Shown here: piece by piece, positions 1-18,054 of the stretch
Layout of the letters: each line of letters begins with the position of its first letter
How positions within the stretch are numbered: the first letter of the stretch is position 1
Source: Raillietiella orientalis
Taxonomy: Eukaryota
DNA length: 64,000 nucleotides
NCBI GenBank assembly: GCA_036172245.1
Contig: JAYWIR010000001.1
Span: forward strand, 620,001 to 684,000
Direction of reading: 5' to 3'
Made by a program: the position numbers and the translations under genes
The notes under the pieces: model-generated
What the model saw: the letters and a program-made list of their open reading frames with translations, nothing else
The model's database searches: none
Told to the model about the DNA's origin: nothing

Positions 1-370
1 AGGAGATACGTTTAACAATTCACAATTGTTCTCCATTTACTTTGTTTTGTGTATTCATTCATGTTTCAGATTATGGAATAGTCTTTCCAGTCAGTAAATA
101 GAATGTAGAACTGCTAATGTGGATCTTGAGTGGCAGCAAAAAATAATTAAATGAGTTACTTTTCACTAGGGACTTTCGTTGATACTAGCATGTTTTTTTT
201 TCTTGGATTTGGTATCTTGTTTTTGAATTTTGCTGATTTGAAGGAAAATTGGTATTCAATTGATTCTTAAAATGCATATTTACTTCTGCTTTAGTTAGCT
301 TATTCATTGAAAATTAAGCTTGATTAAAAAAGAATTCATTTGTTTGTCCTTTTTTTTATTTACATATTAG

Positions 371-5966
<5,596 letters not shown>

Positions 5967-6405
5967 AGTACATGTGGCCTATCCATGAAAAAGTATCTGA
6001 ATCAGCATTTGGAATGCTTCTAGCAGGTCTTGGTTCCTGCAAGATGCACTTCGAGATAGATGCCTAAGACGAAGCAGGACCACTCCAGTTAAAATTCTTG
6101 GTCGCATCAAGTACCTTTGCCTGGGAATGGCTACTAAAAGCAGCAGATAGATAACTTGTGCTGTATATACGTAATTATGTGATTCTTCATATTCACAAGT
6201 ATTTCCATTTACAACTGGAAAGAAACCAAAGTACTGAAGACTCACATAAGATACCGGAACAGCTCACAACCATAACATTGAATCTGTGAATTGACAAGTA
6301 CTGACAAAAATAGAGTGTATGGAACTGTTCATTTATTTGCAAAGAGGTTAGATTGGTGGAAGGTGTTCATAAATGCCAAACATTGTAAACCACCAGATAT
6401 TGAAG

Positions 6406-6406
<1 letters not shown>

Positions 6407-6434
<28 letters not shown>
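6407..6434. repeat. (TG)n microsatellite downstream of SMG1
   Basis: Run of TG dinucleotides followed by poly-T, read directly. Confidence 0.9.
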
Positions 6435-6438
<4 letters not shown>

Positions 6439-7782
6439 TTTTTTTTCCCCTTTCCCTTTTCAAATTGTGTATACTCGTATGCATAATACATTTGTGAAAA
6501 TATCATGTTATTTTATTACAAGAAATTAAGGTAATTTTCGTTTGTTAACTTTATAATGGTTCTGTGGTTTTTGCGCCGAGGTGCAACTCAGATGCTTCAC
6601 TTAGCAGCCTGGGAAACTGACACTTCAGTAATGTTAGAGCCCTGAGCCGACTTTCAAATCGATTCCGTTCTGAAGACATCGATTCACTGTGGGTGTTTCA
6701 TTTGGTGCCAAGCTGGCCTGGCAGACCTTGCCGTAGGGCTCGGGCTTTGGAGGAACGCTTCGAAAGTGTGACACTGTCGAAAGTTAGGGATTGAATGCCA
6801 TGGGACGCAACCACAGTGCCGCTGCTCAACGGTGTGGAGGATCCCCGCAAGCATCTCCCAGGCGGAACTGGCAGCATGAAAGTCTACCAGCGAAAGCCCT
6901 TCATCTGTTATGTCGTGGCTTGGCCGTCGATCCGATGGTGATCGCCCCCTTGCCGTAGTCTGCCCAAGGACTGCTGAATTCACCTCTCTGCAGAGTGCAG
7001 TCTGTTTCGAATGCTGATGGTCGCTCTTCTCGGTCCCCTCAAACCGTTCTCGGTTGCTCGGTGATCGGAAGAGCGTTCTTGTTGGGACCGCGAAGCTTTC
7101 CCCTCGTTTTCTGAAGGACGTTGGAAAAGTGCATCCGGGCTAGGAAGCTGAGGGTCATGGTAGAAGCAGACATCCTTTAGGGGAGCACTGCGTTCAAGAA
7201 TCGAAGTTTGCATCAGCGTAGTATTCTTTTCATGACGACGAATGGGATGGATGATGATTAGTGAATCAGGTAAGGATGACGGTCCGTTCCGCGAGCGTCA
7301 GAAGGACGATGGCTGGTAAGCTGTCGCTCTCGAATAACGAGACTGATCCATGGGTTGTACAACACCTTCCTGGTTTGGCTTTTTGCCGGGATCGGAAAGT
7401 TTCTGTACGGGAAGGTCACCATGGTTTGATGACCTTGGAAGCAAAGAAGAATAACGTAGTGTTCGACCAGTTTCGTCCGTATGCACGCAGTAATTCCGCT
7501 TTGCATTCATCAGGATGCGCAAACCGAGAACATTCCTCTTTCCGAGAACGGTCACCGTTTGTAATATCGATAATTTGGTATCAACGAGGCTGATGGCTTA
7601 GCTGCATTTCTATCCAAACAAGATTGTCGTGTTCTCCCTCCCCCAGCTGCAAGTGCATCTTTTTTTTTTTTTTTTCGTTTTTGTTGTCGCCGTAAACTTT
7701 TTGGTGTGTCATATACCCGATCTTTTACTCGTAGACCTCAACCAGGTTCAGAGTTCGGAAAGGTCAGGTTGTTTGCGATACA

Positions 7783-10700
7783 ATGCTGTGCAAGAGATTG
7801 TTTGCTTGCCTTAAGTGGAAACGATCTTACAGCAACGGCAGTTCGAAGTTTCTCGAAATCACCACACAGAACAGTAAGGATTATTTGCATGCATTTTCCA
7901 TAGCGTGAAGACCCGATCTTCTCTAGACGTCGGCACAATTAGTCTGAAAAACTTCCCTCTGAATATTCTGCAGCTGGAGTTGCTGGACGCATTCAACGAA
8001 AACCTGCGTAGCCTGGAAGCAGATGGTTGCAAAGCCGTGATAATCAAGTCGGTCAGTAGTATGTGGTCAGCAATACAGAGACAGTGACCTCCGAAATAAG
8101 AACGACAAAAAAATACGCTGAAATCCACCACCTTCCAATGAAGACCTAAAGATCGTTTGTTTTTGAGCATCGGCCTGCGTCTTCTGCTGTGAATATTTGT
8201 AGTTTTCGGGAAACTTCCTTGGTAGTTGCGCGTTGCTTTGTTCTCTTGAAGGGCGATTCGTTCAGTCGGACGAACAGTCCGCCGAGGATTTCGCTTCGGT
8301 GTTTTCCGCTTTGCTTTTCCACGGCAGGCGAAACGCACTTTGGTCGTCTCTCTGCCATTCCCATCGCATTGCCTGCGTTTCGTCAGCTCTGCCATTCTGA
8401 TTTATCAGAATGACTTGTTTCAAAAGAAAAAAAAAAAAAAAAAAAGCAAGAGAGGGGGGGGGGGCTGTTTCAATAAAAGGAGTCGTAATCATTCATGCAA
8501 CTTGATTGTAAAGATGTGATTTCACGTGATGAAGTGTCGTTCCCCCCTCCCCTTCTTGAACGCAACCGAATGGGCGTTGCCAACGTGGGAAATGTCCGAA
8601 GTTTCCGTGATTTTGGGCGGTTCTTCTGTTTTTCCCTTTGACGGAAGCATTCGTCGAAAGCAACGTCGACCTTTTGTCAGTTCTGCAGGAACTCTCGACC
8701 GGATCATCGGGAGTCCTGGCGAATTTCACTTCTCGATCCTTGGTAACGTGACAGCTTTTGGATGCAGTCCACGCAATCCACGTTTCGAGTTTCACGACGA
8801 CGAGAGACGTTTCTTAAATTAGCAGCTGTGAGCGAGACGGCTTTGTCCTCCCCCCCCCCCCGGTCGTGTCGTGCCCATCCTCCGTGCTCATGATGCGATG
8901 CTTCGATTTCCACGGTCTCCCGTTTTCCCCGTTTCGAGCTGACCACGCAGGTCCTCTGGCACTTCTTGCTGCGCCATTCGCAACCCTTGCGGCACGCCCT
9001 CTCCCGTCCACACGGAATGCGCCGACGGTTTCCGTTTCCGTTTTCTTCACTTTGCTGGCCGCGCACGTGAGTCCGTACGCGAGTGCAGGGCGCCTTCCGA
9101 AATTATGTATATGCATGAGGAAATAGCGAAGATCCTTCAACCAACGGATGCGCAGTGGAAGATCATTACCCACCTCATGTCGGGACCGTTTTCCCTTCTG
9201 GTCCTCGACTGAGAAAACCGGATTTTGAACGCACCAATGCTGCTGCTCTTCCTCTTTTCGGAGCTAAAATGAAATGCAACAGGAAACGTGTACATTCCTT
9301 GAAATTTGTATGCGTACGTACTGTGTTTTGTTTGTTGAAATATTAGCGTGCGTACAGCTGAATCTGACTGAAATAAGTGGAAATGGCCGCAAAGCTGATC
9401 ATCAGACCGAAACAGAAAGTAAAGTGACCCCGCAGATTCGGAAGATTTCCAACGCAGAGGTGTTTTTTTTTTCTTCTTCCGACTTGCATTCCAGTAAGAA
9501 AAAGTAACAGAATTCGGAGTTTCCAAAGACAAACAACCAGAAAGAAAGAATAAACTTCCTGTTCGCCTGGCAAGCGTGTGCACGCATATACCTGAGAATG
9601 TGAGGATACATTTAAATTCAGGTGCACCCCAATCATCGGTCTGGGGTTAAACTGCGGCTTTCGTGCGAAAGGTCGCACCAGTTGCTCGCCCCCGGTCTTC
9701 GACTTCTTCCTCTGCTTGCTGAGACCTTCCACCGTCGTCCTGTTTGTTATGCATTGCAAAATTTCAGGGTTGCCCCGGCGTGTTCTGTGCCGGCCTCAAC
9801 ATCCACGAGCTGTATCAACCCAATGAGGATCGGTTGAGGAAATACTGGACGGCCGTGCAAGACGTTTACTTCACCCTCTACGGAAATCAGATGATCACCT
9901 GTTCACTGATAAACGTAAACAGTTTGGGAGGGGTGGGGTGGGGACGGGGCAGCTCAGCTGACCGATCCATTTTTCAAGGGCGCTGCTCCTGCCGGAGGTT
10001 GCTTCCTTTCACTGATGTGTGATTACAGAGTCATGCTCAAAACTTCCCAGGGCATCGGTCTGAACGAAACGAAGCTCGGAGTCGTTGCTCCCTTCTGGTT
10101 CGTTTCCCGGTGATGATTTCGTTTCATGGAAAGGGTCGACGTTGATCAGGGTCCGCGACTTGTTCATCGACACTTTGGGTCAGAGGAAAGCCGAGTACGC
10201 TCTGCAGCTCGGACTGCTGTTCCCACCCCAAGAGGCTCTCGACGTTGGCCTGGTGGACAAATTAGCGGAAGATGAAGCACAAGGCATGGAAACTATAGCG
10301 GAGGAGACGAAAAAGTTCCTAGAAGTTTCATGTAGGCATACTGCTTGTACTACCTGACCATATGGGAAGCGCATTGCTATAATGGAGGGGGGGGGGGGGA
10401 TTACGGCCTTTCTAAGGTAGCTCTTGTCGCACGCGCACATCCAAACTTCATCCTCCCTTGCGAGCTGGAGATTGGCAGAGCCGTTCCCAACCCGCTTTCC
10501 TCCCCCTTCCCCCCCATGTTTATTCGTTAAACACTTTGGTACCACTTTGCAACGATACCCTTATTTATCCTTCCGAACAGTATGCTTAACGACCCCATTC
10601 CCCCGTTGCTTAGACACCGAAAGGCATATAGGCGCATAGCAGACCTAATTGTGTCGTCGGCGATGTGCGGGTTGATTTTCGTTTTTTCGTTTTTTTTTCT

Positions 10701-10917
10701 GTGAGAAATTTGGATCATGATGACTTGGGAAAGTAACGTTTCTGTCACCGTAGGGGCTGCACGGTGCCTGACCAAAGTGCAGATGAGACAAAAAAACATG
10801 GACAGGTTGAGAGAAAAGCGTGACGAGGATACTGATGCATTTGTGAAGTTCTGCACCCAAGATTCAGTTCAGAAGTCACTCGGTGCTTACCTGGAGAAAC
10901 TCAAGCGGAAGCCATAG
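7783..10917 (+). CDS. ECI1: Mitochondrial enoyl-CoA delta isomerase 1 (crotonase fold), ~275 aa
   Basis: Exons 7783-7873, 7927-8051, 9768-9914, 9979-10097, 10150-10331, 10754-10917 join in frame. Basic N-terminal presequence (MLCKRLFACLKWKRSYS), GVFCAGLNI, LINGAAPAGGC, CDYRVM, and the catalytic-Glu motif IGLNETKLGVVAPFW. C-terminus VQKSLGAYLEKLKRKP*. Confidence 0.93.
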
Positions 10918-12963
10918 TGAAGCCTCCTCCCGTTTTGTTCCCTTCCGCTCCCGCAGAAGGGATGCTTTTCCGACTTTCAGGCACTTTCTGTATCAGCAGA
11001 CTTGCCCATCTCTCGTTGGTGTTGCATTGCTTGAAATAGATTCTTGACTTGTCAGGTGCTGCGGAACCGGTTTGCCTTCATGAGGCCCATCCACACGCAC
11101 ACGAATCACCCTCGGGCTACCCGCTAGGTCGCGGTGCATCCGATGCACACCAACGTCTTCCTTGCCTGTTGCGGGGTCGGTCTGTTGAATTTTGTCTCGC
11201 TCGTGCCTGCAACACTTAAGCAGTTTGAAGCTCGTCAGGATCCGGTCAGAATCTTTTGCGGATGATTGCCCATTTACTCAGCTTCGGTTGGCAGTACGAG
11301 TTCATCCGGATGAGTTCCACGAATGGTCTCACATGTTCCGTGGGGATTTCCACTGGAGGAGGTTGCCCCGATTTGCTGGGAAAGGTTTCGCCCTGCCCTC
11401 AGGAGTCTTTCTGCGAAAGTTTACTCCTCGTTGAACCATGTTCCACTCCGTATTCGGACGTCACGACACGAAGGGTCAGCGAGAGGAGGACTTGCGAAAA
11501 TCCTTGGCCAGAGTGTTGCCGTAGCAAACCTCGTTGCTATTGCGGCACGCGCTGTTTTTTCAGGGGGAGATCAGTTGCCGGCCGAATAGAAGAGAGGGGA
11601 ATTTCCGGTGGCTCCTCGCCTCCATTGCCTGTGACCACCGTGTTCACAGTAATTGTGCAGGATGTCATTGAAGGCTCTCTACTGCCCCCTTCCTCATCCT
11701 CCTCTATCTGCTTTTGGTTTGCATCTTTTGGGAGTACCGAAGCGCGGATTTATTTTTACGTAATCATTAGAAAGTTTTTGTCGTGCGGCACAGGCCCTTT
11801 TCTTGCTGGACAACGATATCGTTACTTTGAAGGAATTTTTTTTTTTTTTTTTTTTTAAAAAAAAAAGAAAATCTGCACTTCACTGTTTAAAGGCGGTTCC
11901 TCCTTTTTCATCCAGTTCCTGGACGACCCTCGTACAAAGGGAACCCGGATTCCCGATAGGTGCGAAGTTATCCACCCTTTCCAGGGCACCTAATCCGTGC
12001 GATAAAAATATCCAAATTGGCCGCAGAGAAAAGAAGAAGAAAAAAAAAATCAAGCGTGAAGACAAAAAGATGACTTTGGAAACATCTAAATTAAGAGCGT
12101 GAAACGCGGAAGCTAGACTCGCATGCACGCGCGTCTCCGGCGGGGTTCGTACCTGGCAGCAGGCGGAAGAGATCCCTGTCGGGTGGGAGGGCCGGTCCCG
12201 AGGGGGGCGCAAGTGCGCGCCGCCCGGCTGTGCCCTCCGGCGGGCGCCACTGCGAGGGGGGGGGGGATCGCAGAGGCTCCGAAGTTCGCGGATCTCCCCC
12301 GCCCTCGCGAACAGAGCAAAAAAAGGAAGAAGACAGCATCATCGCCCGCTGCACCGGTTGTCGGATCAGCCACGACGGGAAGGCTTCCCGAAGCCTTGGA
12401 TGCAAAGTGGCCGGAGCCCAACAGCAGCGGTGATGCAGCATCCGCTCACAACCAGCTGCGCAATTCCAAGTCACGCAGGGGGGGGGGGGGTCGAAGCGGC
12501 GCCGACCGTGGAGCTGGGAGAGAGTTCCTTGGAAAATTCGGACGTTTTTTTTTTTTTCCCCTTCCCCCCTCCCCCCTCCTCTTTGTGTGGCTGAAACGTA
12601 GGAGAAGAGCGAAGGAGGCTGCACAAGGGGGCGCGCCGTGAAGCGCGAGACCGCGTGAAGTGGGAGAGGGATTTCAGGGAACCTTTCTGGTAGCCATGTG
12701 CCAGTTGGGGGAAAACAGGATAAATGGGAGGCTTCGAAGTATGGGGGTGTTTTCCTTATCGAAGGGAACAGGCGGTTGCGAGCAACATGCGAAAGGTTCT
12801 CATGACGCATATTTTTATTCTTTTTACCGTATTTGCACAATTCCGTCCCCCCCCCCCCCTTGTTGTTGGAAACCGTGTCTGCAAAATTTACCATTAGCTC
12901 CATGTGACATGAGGCGGGGCGTGTTGGGGTGTTGTTGACTAACAACTTTTATTGCACTTAGGA

Positions 12964-13001
12964 GTAGGTGACTGAGAGTATCCCAATACTCAGTCACCTA
13001 C
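12964..13001. repeat. Inverted repeat / hairpin upstream of CIAPIN1
   Basis: GTAGGTGACTGAG-agtatcccaata-CTCAGTCACCTAC: perfect 13-bp arms. Confidence 0.85.
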
Positions 13002-13218
13002 ACCCACCCAACCCCAACAGCACAGTCACGCTGCATGAAATAAGAATGCAGCATGATTGAGTGGGAGCTTGCCGGAAAACCCCAGTGTGTAGCGTTTTGT
13101 AATTAGAATATCAATTCCCCATATTATTCAGCTTTGGTCTTTGCTAACTGCTTAGTTGACAATGGCCCCTTAATCTATGTTGCATGTTGCAGATCATTAA
13201 ATTCTGATTGCAATTCAC

Positions 13219-14164
13219 ATGCAGAAAGATATGGATAACCCTAGAATATTAGTTTTGAATGCGAAGAATCTGGACATTGTAAATGAACAGCTTAGTATCA
13301 TGGAGGAAAAGAAATTCGAAAAAGATAATTGTCTCTTCCGAACCGATTCAGAATTCCAAGTTTGTAAGTTTTGTTTTCTCATTTTCTGGCCAATACTGCA
13401 CTGTTGAAGAAATTATTCAGGTACATTTCCAGAGAAGTGCTTTGATAAAATATACGTAAACTCAACATTGCCGAATGATCTTCCCCATAGTGAAGCTTTG
13501 TTCACAGATCTATTTAGAGCACTTAAATTGGAGGGTCAGTTGTTGGTAGTTGCAGATTCCAATTCACTGTCAGCTCCCCAACTACGTACATATGGATTTG
13601 TTCAGATAAATAAAAAAGTGAAATCTGATGATGATGAAAATGCTAAATTCGAATATTTTATTTGTACTAAACCTCTTTATGAGGTAAGGTAATAAGGTCT
13701 CTGCCTTCTGTGTATGTTTTTCTTTTGGGTTACAGGTGGGTTCAAGTGTTTCACTATCATCTCACAAGACTAATGAAGTATGGTCCTTGATAGATGATGA
13801 TTTAATTGACCCAGATAGTTTATTAGATGATGACGACAAGAAAAAACCAGATCCAGAATCATTAAGAGGTAAACCAAGTTGAGAATTATTTGGCATGTCT
13901 GTTCTAGTATGTGGAACTACTGGAAAAAGAAAAGCATGTAAAAATTGTACTTGTGGATTGTATGAGGAATTGGCTGCTGAAGAGCAGCAGCAACAGCAAC
14001 AAGTCAGATCCAACTGTGGAAGCGTATGTATTAGCAGTTTTGTTTTCAGTGGTGTAACATCCAGTGTGTAGTGTTATTTAGGAGATGCTTTTCGTTGTGC
14101 AAGTTGTCCATATCTTGGACTCCCTCCATTCAGACCTGGTGAACAAGTGTTGCTGAAGCCTTGA
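13219..14164 (+). CDS. CIAPIN1: Anamorsin / Dre2 (cytosolic Fe-S cluster assembly), ~249 aa
   Basis: Exons 13219-13363, 13421-13683, 13736-13868, 13908-14023, 14072-14164. KPLYEVGSS, acidic linker [22 protein letters not shown]8CX2CXC ([15 protein letters not shown]), CX2CX7CX2C ([15 protein letters not shown]) and [12 protein letters not shown]. The start codon is less certain than the rest; a splice acceptor at 13192 suggests a 5' UTR intron. Confidence 0.95.
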
Positions 14165-14924
14165 AGAATGTAAAAAAAATATATATGTATTCGATTAAAT
14201 CATAATTTAACTTGGCATCATAAATGATCTGTAGAATAAGCAATCTAGACGTGGTTATTTTTTTGCATGCATTTGCACTTTACAATCAGGAAAGTGGGGT
14301 TTTCTGTGCATTTTTTTTCCTTACATATTGCCTTTTGCAATTTCTGCTCACATAAGTGACTTATGAGAATTAGGCAGTGTATTGTGTAGTGCAGTATATT
14401 GGAAACTGTAGTAAGAGATTGAACTGTATAAAGTTAATTTCCAAGTATTTTGCTATGTTCTCTTTTTGTTTTCGAAATTTCACATTCTTTTAACATTCAG
14501 TTTTTCTTGTTTTTCACAAGCATTTGGTTCATAAATCAAGAAAGTGAAAATGCATTGCACAAAATGACAATACATTGCACAGCTTTATTTGTTGATAGTA
14601 GGTCACACAGTTGCATTTTAAATCAATAGATTACTCAAAGTTTTTCATGGGAATGCATGAATGTGTTTGAAGATAGAGAATACTTTTCATTTACTTAGTC
14701 AAAGAACTGTCACTCCATGCAGTTTAATCCAATGAAAAGTTTGTGTATGGAAAATCAAAATAAATAAGAAAACAAGTGTTGGTTAGTGTGCATACGCTGA
14801 CATATTTGATCAATAACACCTTGAATGAGAGGAATGATACCCTGGATTCATGCACTGATTTTAAGAGATGACTTGCAGTGTATTTGTGATTTGTTTATGG
14901 CCCAAGTGCAACATCTTGTGCATT

Positions 14925-14960
14925 GTGCTTTCCGGCCATTTGGCTAAGATCAAAGTGTAG
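14925..14960 (+). pseudogene. U2 snRNA 5' fragment (about the first 37 nt), 3'-truncated
   Basis: GCTTTCCGGCCATTTGGCTAAGATCAAAGTGTAG matches the U2 5' end as I recall it (ATCGCTTCTCGGCC..TGGCTAAGATCAAAGTGTAG), with the last 20 nt exact. The expected continuation TATCTGTTC, the Sm site and the 3' stem-loops are absent. Confidence 0.85.
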
Positions 14961-15769
14961 CCCTAGAAATGCATGTGAACTACCTTACCTGTGACCTGTT
15001 GGAGCAAAAGGAGCAATCATTGCCTGCACATTAATAATTGAGCACTTCTGTGCCCCGATTCACTCTTCTTCACATTGCATTCATTTAGCTGTTTCAATTT
15101 CTTTTTGCCCTTGATCTAGTATTATGCATTTGCAGTTTATTAATGAACTTTATAAGCACTTTGGACTTGAAACATTGGAAAGTAAAGTTTGTGTTAAGTG
15201 GTTTATGTGAGATTGAATGAAAGGAACTGAATGTGATTCCTTTATAAGTACTGCATTTCATCGTGGGACATTCTCCACCATGTGGGAATACACAAAGTCC
15301 CCATGCTTGGTTTCACCAGAGGTACAGCCAAGCATGGAAGTGAATTTTTAAAACATGATGCAATCCAAATATTTGGTTGCCTCGATGGGGTGGTTTGTTG
15401 TGCATGAAACATGTCAGCCATCAATTTGTGAAGTGATGTCAAGTTCGATTTTCAGGCAGCTTCATTTCATGCTTTTGAAAGGCACATCTTGCATTGCCAA
15501 GCTTGCATTGCAACAACATACCATACCAAACAGCTATGGTGTTCCATAAAGTTTGCAAAACTTTGAAATGGCAGTGAGATGAGCTGATTTCTTTTTCTTC
15601 TGATCAAGTGGGTAACTTATGGAGTATGTAGCTTTAAAACGGAACGCATGTGTTCCCAAATCTTGCACCAAACTTGCAAACAGGCATAAGGATGTTCGTC
15701 GGTTTAAAGAATCTGATGCCGTGGGAGCAGATATTTCACTCAAGTCACACGAAGGAAAGTTCACAACCT

Positions 15770-18050
15770 AACCATTCGCGGGCCGGCAGGAGATCCAGGT
15801 GTTCATCCTGGTCAGCTTGACCACTCGCCGAAGTACCAGTCCGCAGTGGCACAGGTACCGACGTTTGCAGCGCACTAGTAAGGTACACAGTCCCGCGCCG
15901 CTGCTGGCTCGCCGAACCAGGTATCGTACTGGTTGGCACCAGCTGGTGCTCCACAACTTCGCCACTAGGGCTAAAGTCCTGAACTGGAGCGGCAGCTCCT
16001 GCCGCTCCAGCGTCAGGAGGCCGAGACCTCCGTTGCGACGCGGAGCGCACAAGTCCTTCAGGCGGACTCGTGGCTTCCCTCTGCCCCAAAGGACGATTCT
16101 CAGGAGGTCCATCGTCCGCTTCTTTACACCTCTCGATGGGGGACAAACAAAAAGCAAGTGGAAAAAGAGGGGAGCCACGAACGTGTTCCACACCACGGCC
16201 CGTTCCGGCAAGAAAAAATCGCCATCCAGGGATGGGCCGATCGCCTTCTCGGCCTTTTGGATGCAATTGGACCATGCTTCCGCTGGAGAGTATTCCACCA
16301 ACGGCACACTGAGGTACTTAAAGTACCGCACCATGTGGATCCCCAACCGGAGCCAGTCCTGCTAACCTGCCCACGACGAACCGACTGCAACCACGGACGA
16401 CTTCGCTCTTCAGTCCTGTCCCGCGGCGCAGCAGCTCGAAAAATTTTCGACCGCTGACGCTGGCGTGGACATGGAGAGCAGCAGAAGAAGATCGTCCGCA
16501 TACAACGCCACGGCCGGTGTACCTGGGCACGTCCCGCAAATCGGGGTGCCGACCGTGTTCCCTTTGATTATTCTACACCGCTGGAACTCGAACCAGGTGT
16601 TCGCGAAGAGCAGGTTGGTGTGCATGCTCCGCCTGGGAACGGCGTATGTCTGTTCCGGGCTGATGAAGCTTTCCGCCAACCACTGCAATCGCTCCGACCA
16701 TAATTTTGCCAGCAACTTGGCGTCCGCATTCAGAACGGTGATCGGACGCCACTTGCTGAGGTTCCGTAAGACCCCTCCCTTCGGAAGGAACGCATCCGTG
16801 CCGATCGGAAGGAGGCGGGAACGTCGCCTGTCTCCCGGATCATCAGCTTTAAGCGCTGCACCAGGGGGGTCAGCTCCGCCGCGAAGCCTTGAAAGAACTC
16901 CGCGGGCAGGCCGTCCTCCCCCGGTGCCTTCCGCCTTTTGAGTTTCCCGATGGGAGAATTCCCGGTGCTGAGGCACCCTGGTGTACAAGGAGGAATGATA
17001 ACTACGCACAAGGCTACTCACCCCTGCCGGGGCCGAGTGCTCCTGGTCCTCGTCGTCCAACAGGCTGGGCGACCCAGATTGCCAGGCTTGCCGCTCGGCC
17101 CCAGCTTTTAACTCTGCCAAACGACGAGCGTCGGGTGCTCGGGTGTAACGACGGGCCTGCAAATAGGCAAACTCGTTCTGAACACCCTTACCAAATCCTC
17201 TTGGGAGACGGTCCATGAGGAACTGTTGGCAGAACTCTCGGATCGAGACTTTCATATCGTTCCAGTCGTCGAGCGTCTGCAGGCTGAAACCTCGCAAGAA
17301 CGCGCGGTGTGCCGCTGCGTCTGGCTTGGTCAGCCAGTCCCCCGGTAAACGCCACGCCTGCGAAGGGGCCCCCTGTCGCGCGGGCGAATGACGAGTTCCA
17401 CACGGGAGTGGTCGGAAGCATCGGACGGCATCTTACCTCGCCTACCTACGCGAGAGCGCAGGTGCTCGTCGAGGAAGACGCGGTCCACGCTCCGTTCCAT
17501 CCCGGTGTCCCCGACTAACAAGTTGGACGCGTGCACCGCAGCGCATATCTCGTTAACCGGGGTGGCCTCTGTCCTCGCCGCACCTGACAGCAGGCGAATG
17601 TTGAAATCGCCGGCTATCAGGTGCGCCGTACGCGCGCCTGCCTCCGGCAGCCAGTCGCGCTGCAAGGCAAGGAAGAATGCCGTCCGTGCCACGCGCGCGT
17701 GACCGCCGCTCGGCGCGTACACGTTCGTGACGACGAGATCGATCTAGCCGGACCACCTGAAGGTGATTTGCCCGACCCGACCTGTCTCATCGAAACGAAC
17801 TTTCCGCACCGCGCGTTGTAAGGCAGGCTTCAGAAGAAAAGCGACCCCGCGCGTACGGCGGTGGCCGCATCGCCACATAAGCTGACCAGCTGCTATCCTC
17901 TCGATCTCCCGCGCATGTTCTGCGGAGATCTGATGGATCTCCTGCAGCAGCACGAGGTCGAAGGCTTGCAAAGTGGCAGCTATGTCTCGTCTCCTGCCGT
18001 CATCGCAAAGCCCGTTGACGTTCCAACTGGCGACGCGTATTTGACGGCAG
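15770..18050 (-). mobile_element. Tx1/L1-like non-LTR retrotransposon ORF2, APE endonuclease + RT part, degenerate and inverted relative to its own 3' end
   Basis: Minus-strand motifs in the canonical order: IRVASWNVNGL, LLQEIH, RGVAFLL, VYAP, LIAGDFN, VDRVF, SDH (APE); then KAPGEDGLPAEFF, WRPITVLNADAKLLAK, EQTYAVPRRS, YADD, KYLSVPL, LCAPRRNGGLGL (RT and thumb). In-frame stop at 17744-17746 and several frameshifts. Confidence 0.92.
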
Positions 18051-18054
18051 GTGG

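Noticed and set aside
6600-7600. Short ORFs between SMG1 and ECI1
   Set aside because: No recognisable motifs or consistent exon chain.
9625-9690. Hairpins in the long ECI1 intron as a possible snoRNA or miRNA
   Set aside because: No H/ACA or C/D boxes in the right positions, and the stem is too short for a pre-miRNA.
11180-12420. Possible minus-strand spliced gene between ECI1 and CIAPIN1 (donor near 12152, acceptor near 11990)
   Set aside because: Splice-like sites exist, but the joined frames hit stops and resemble no protein I know.
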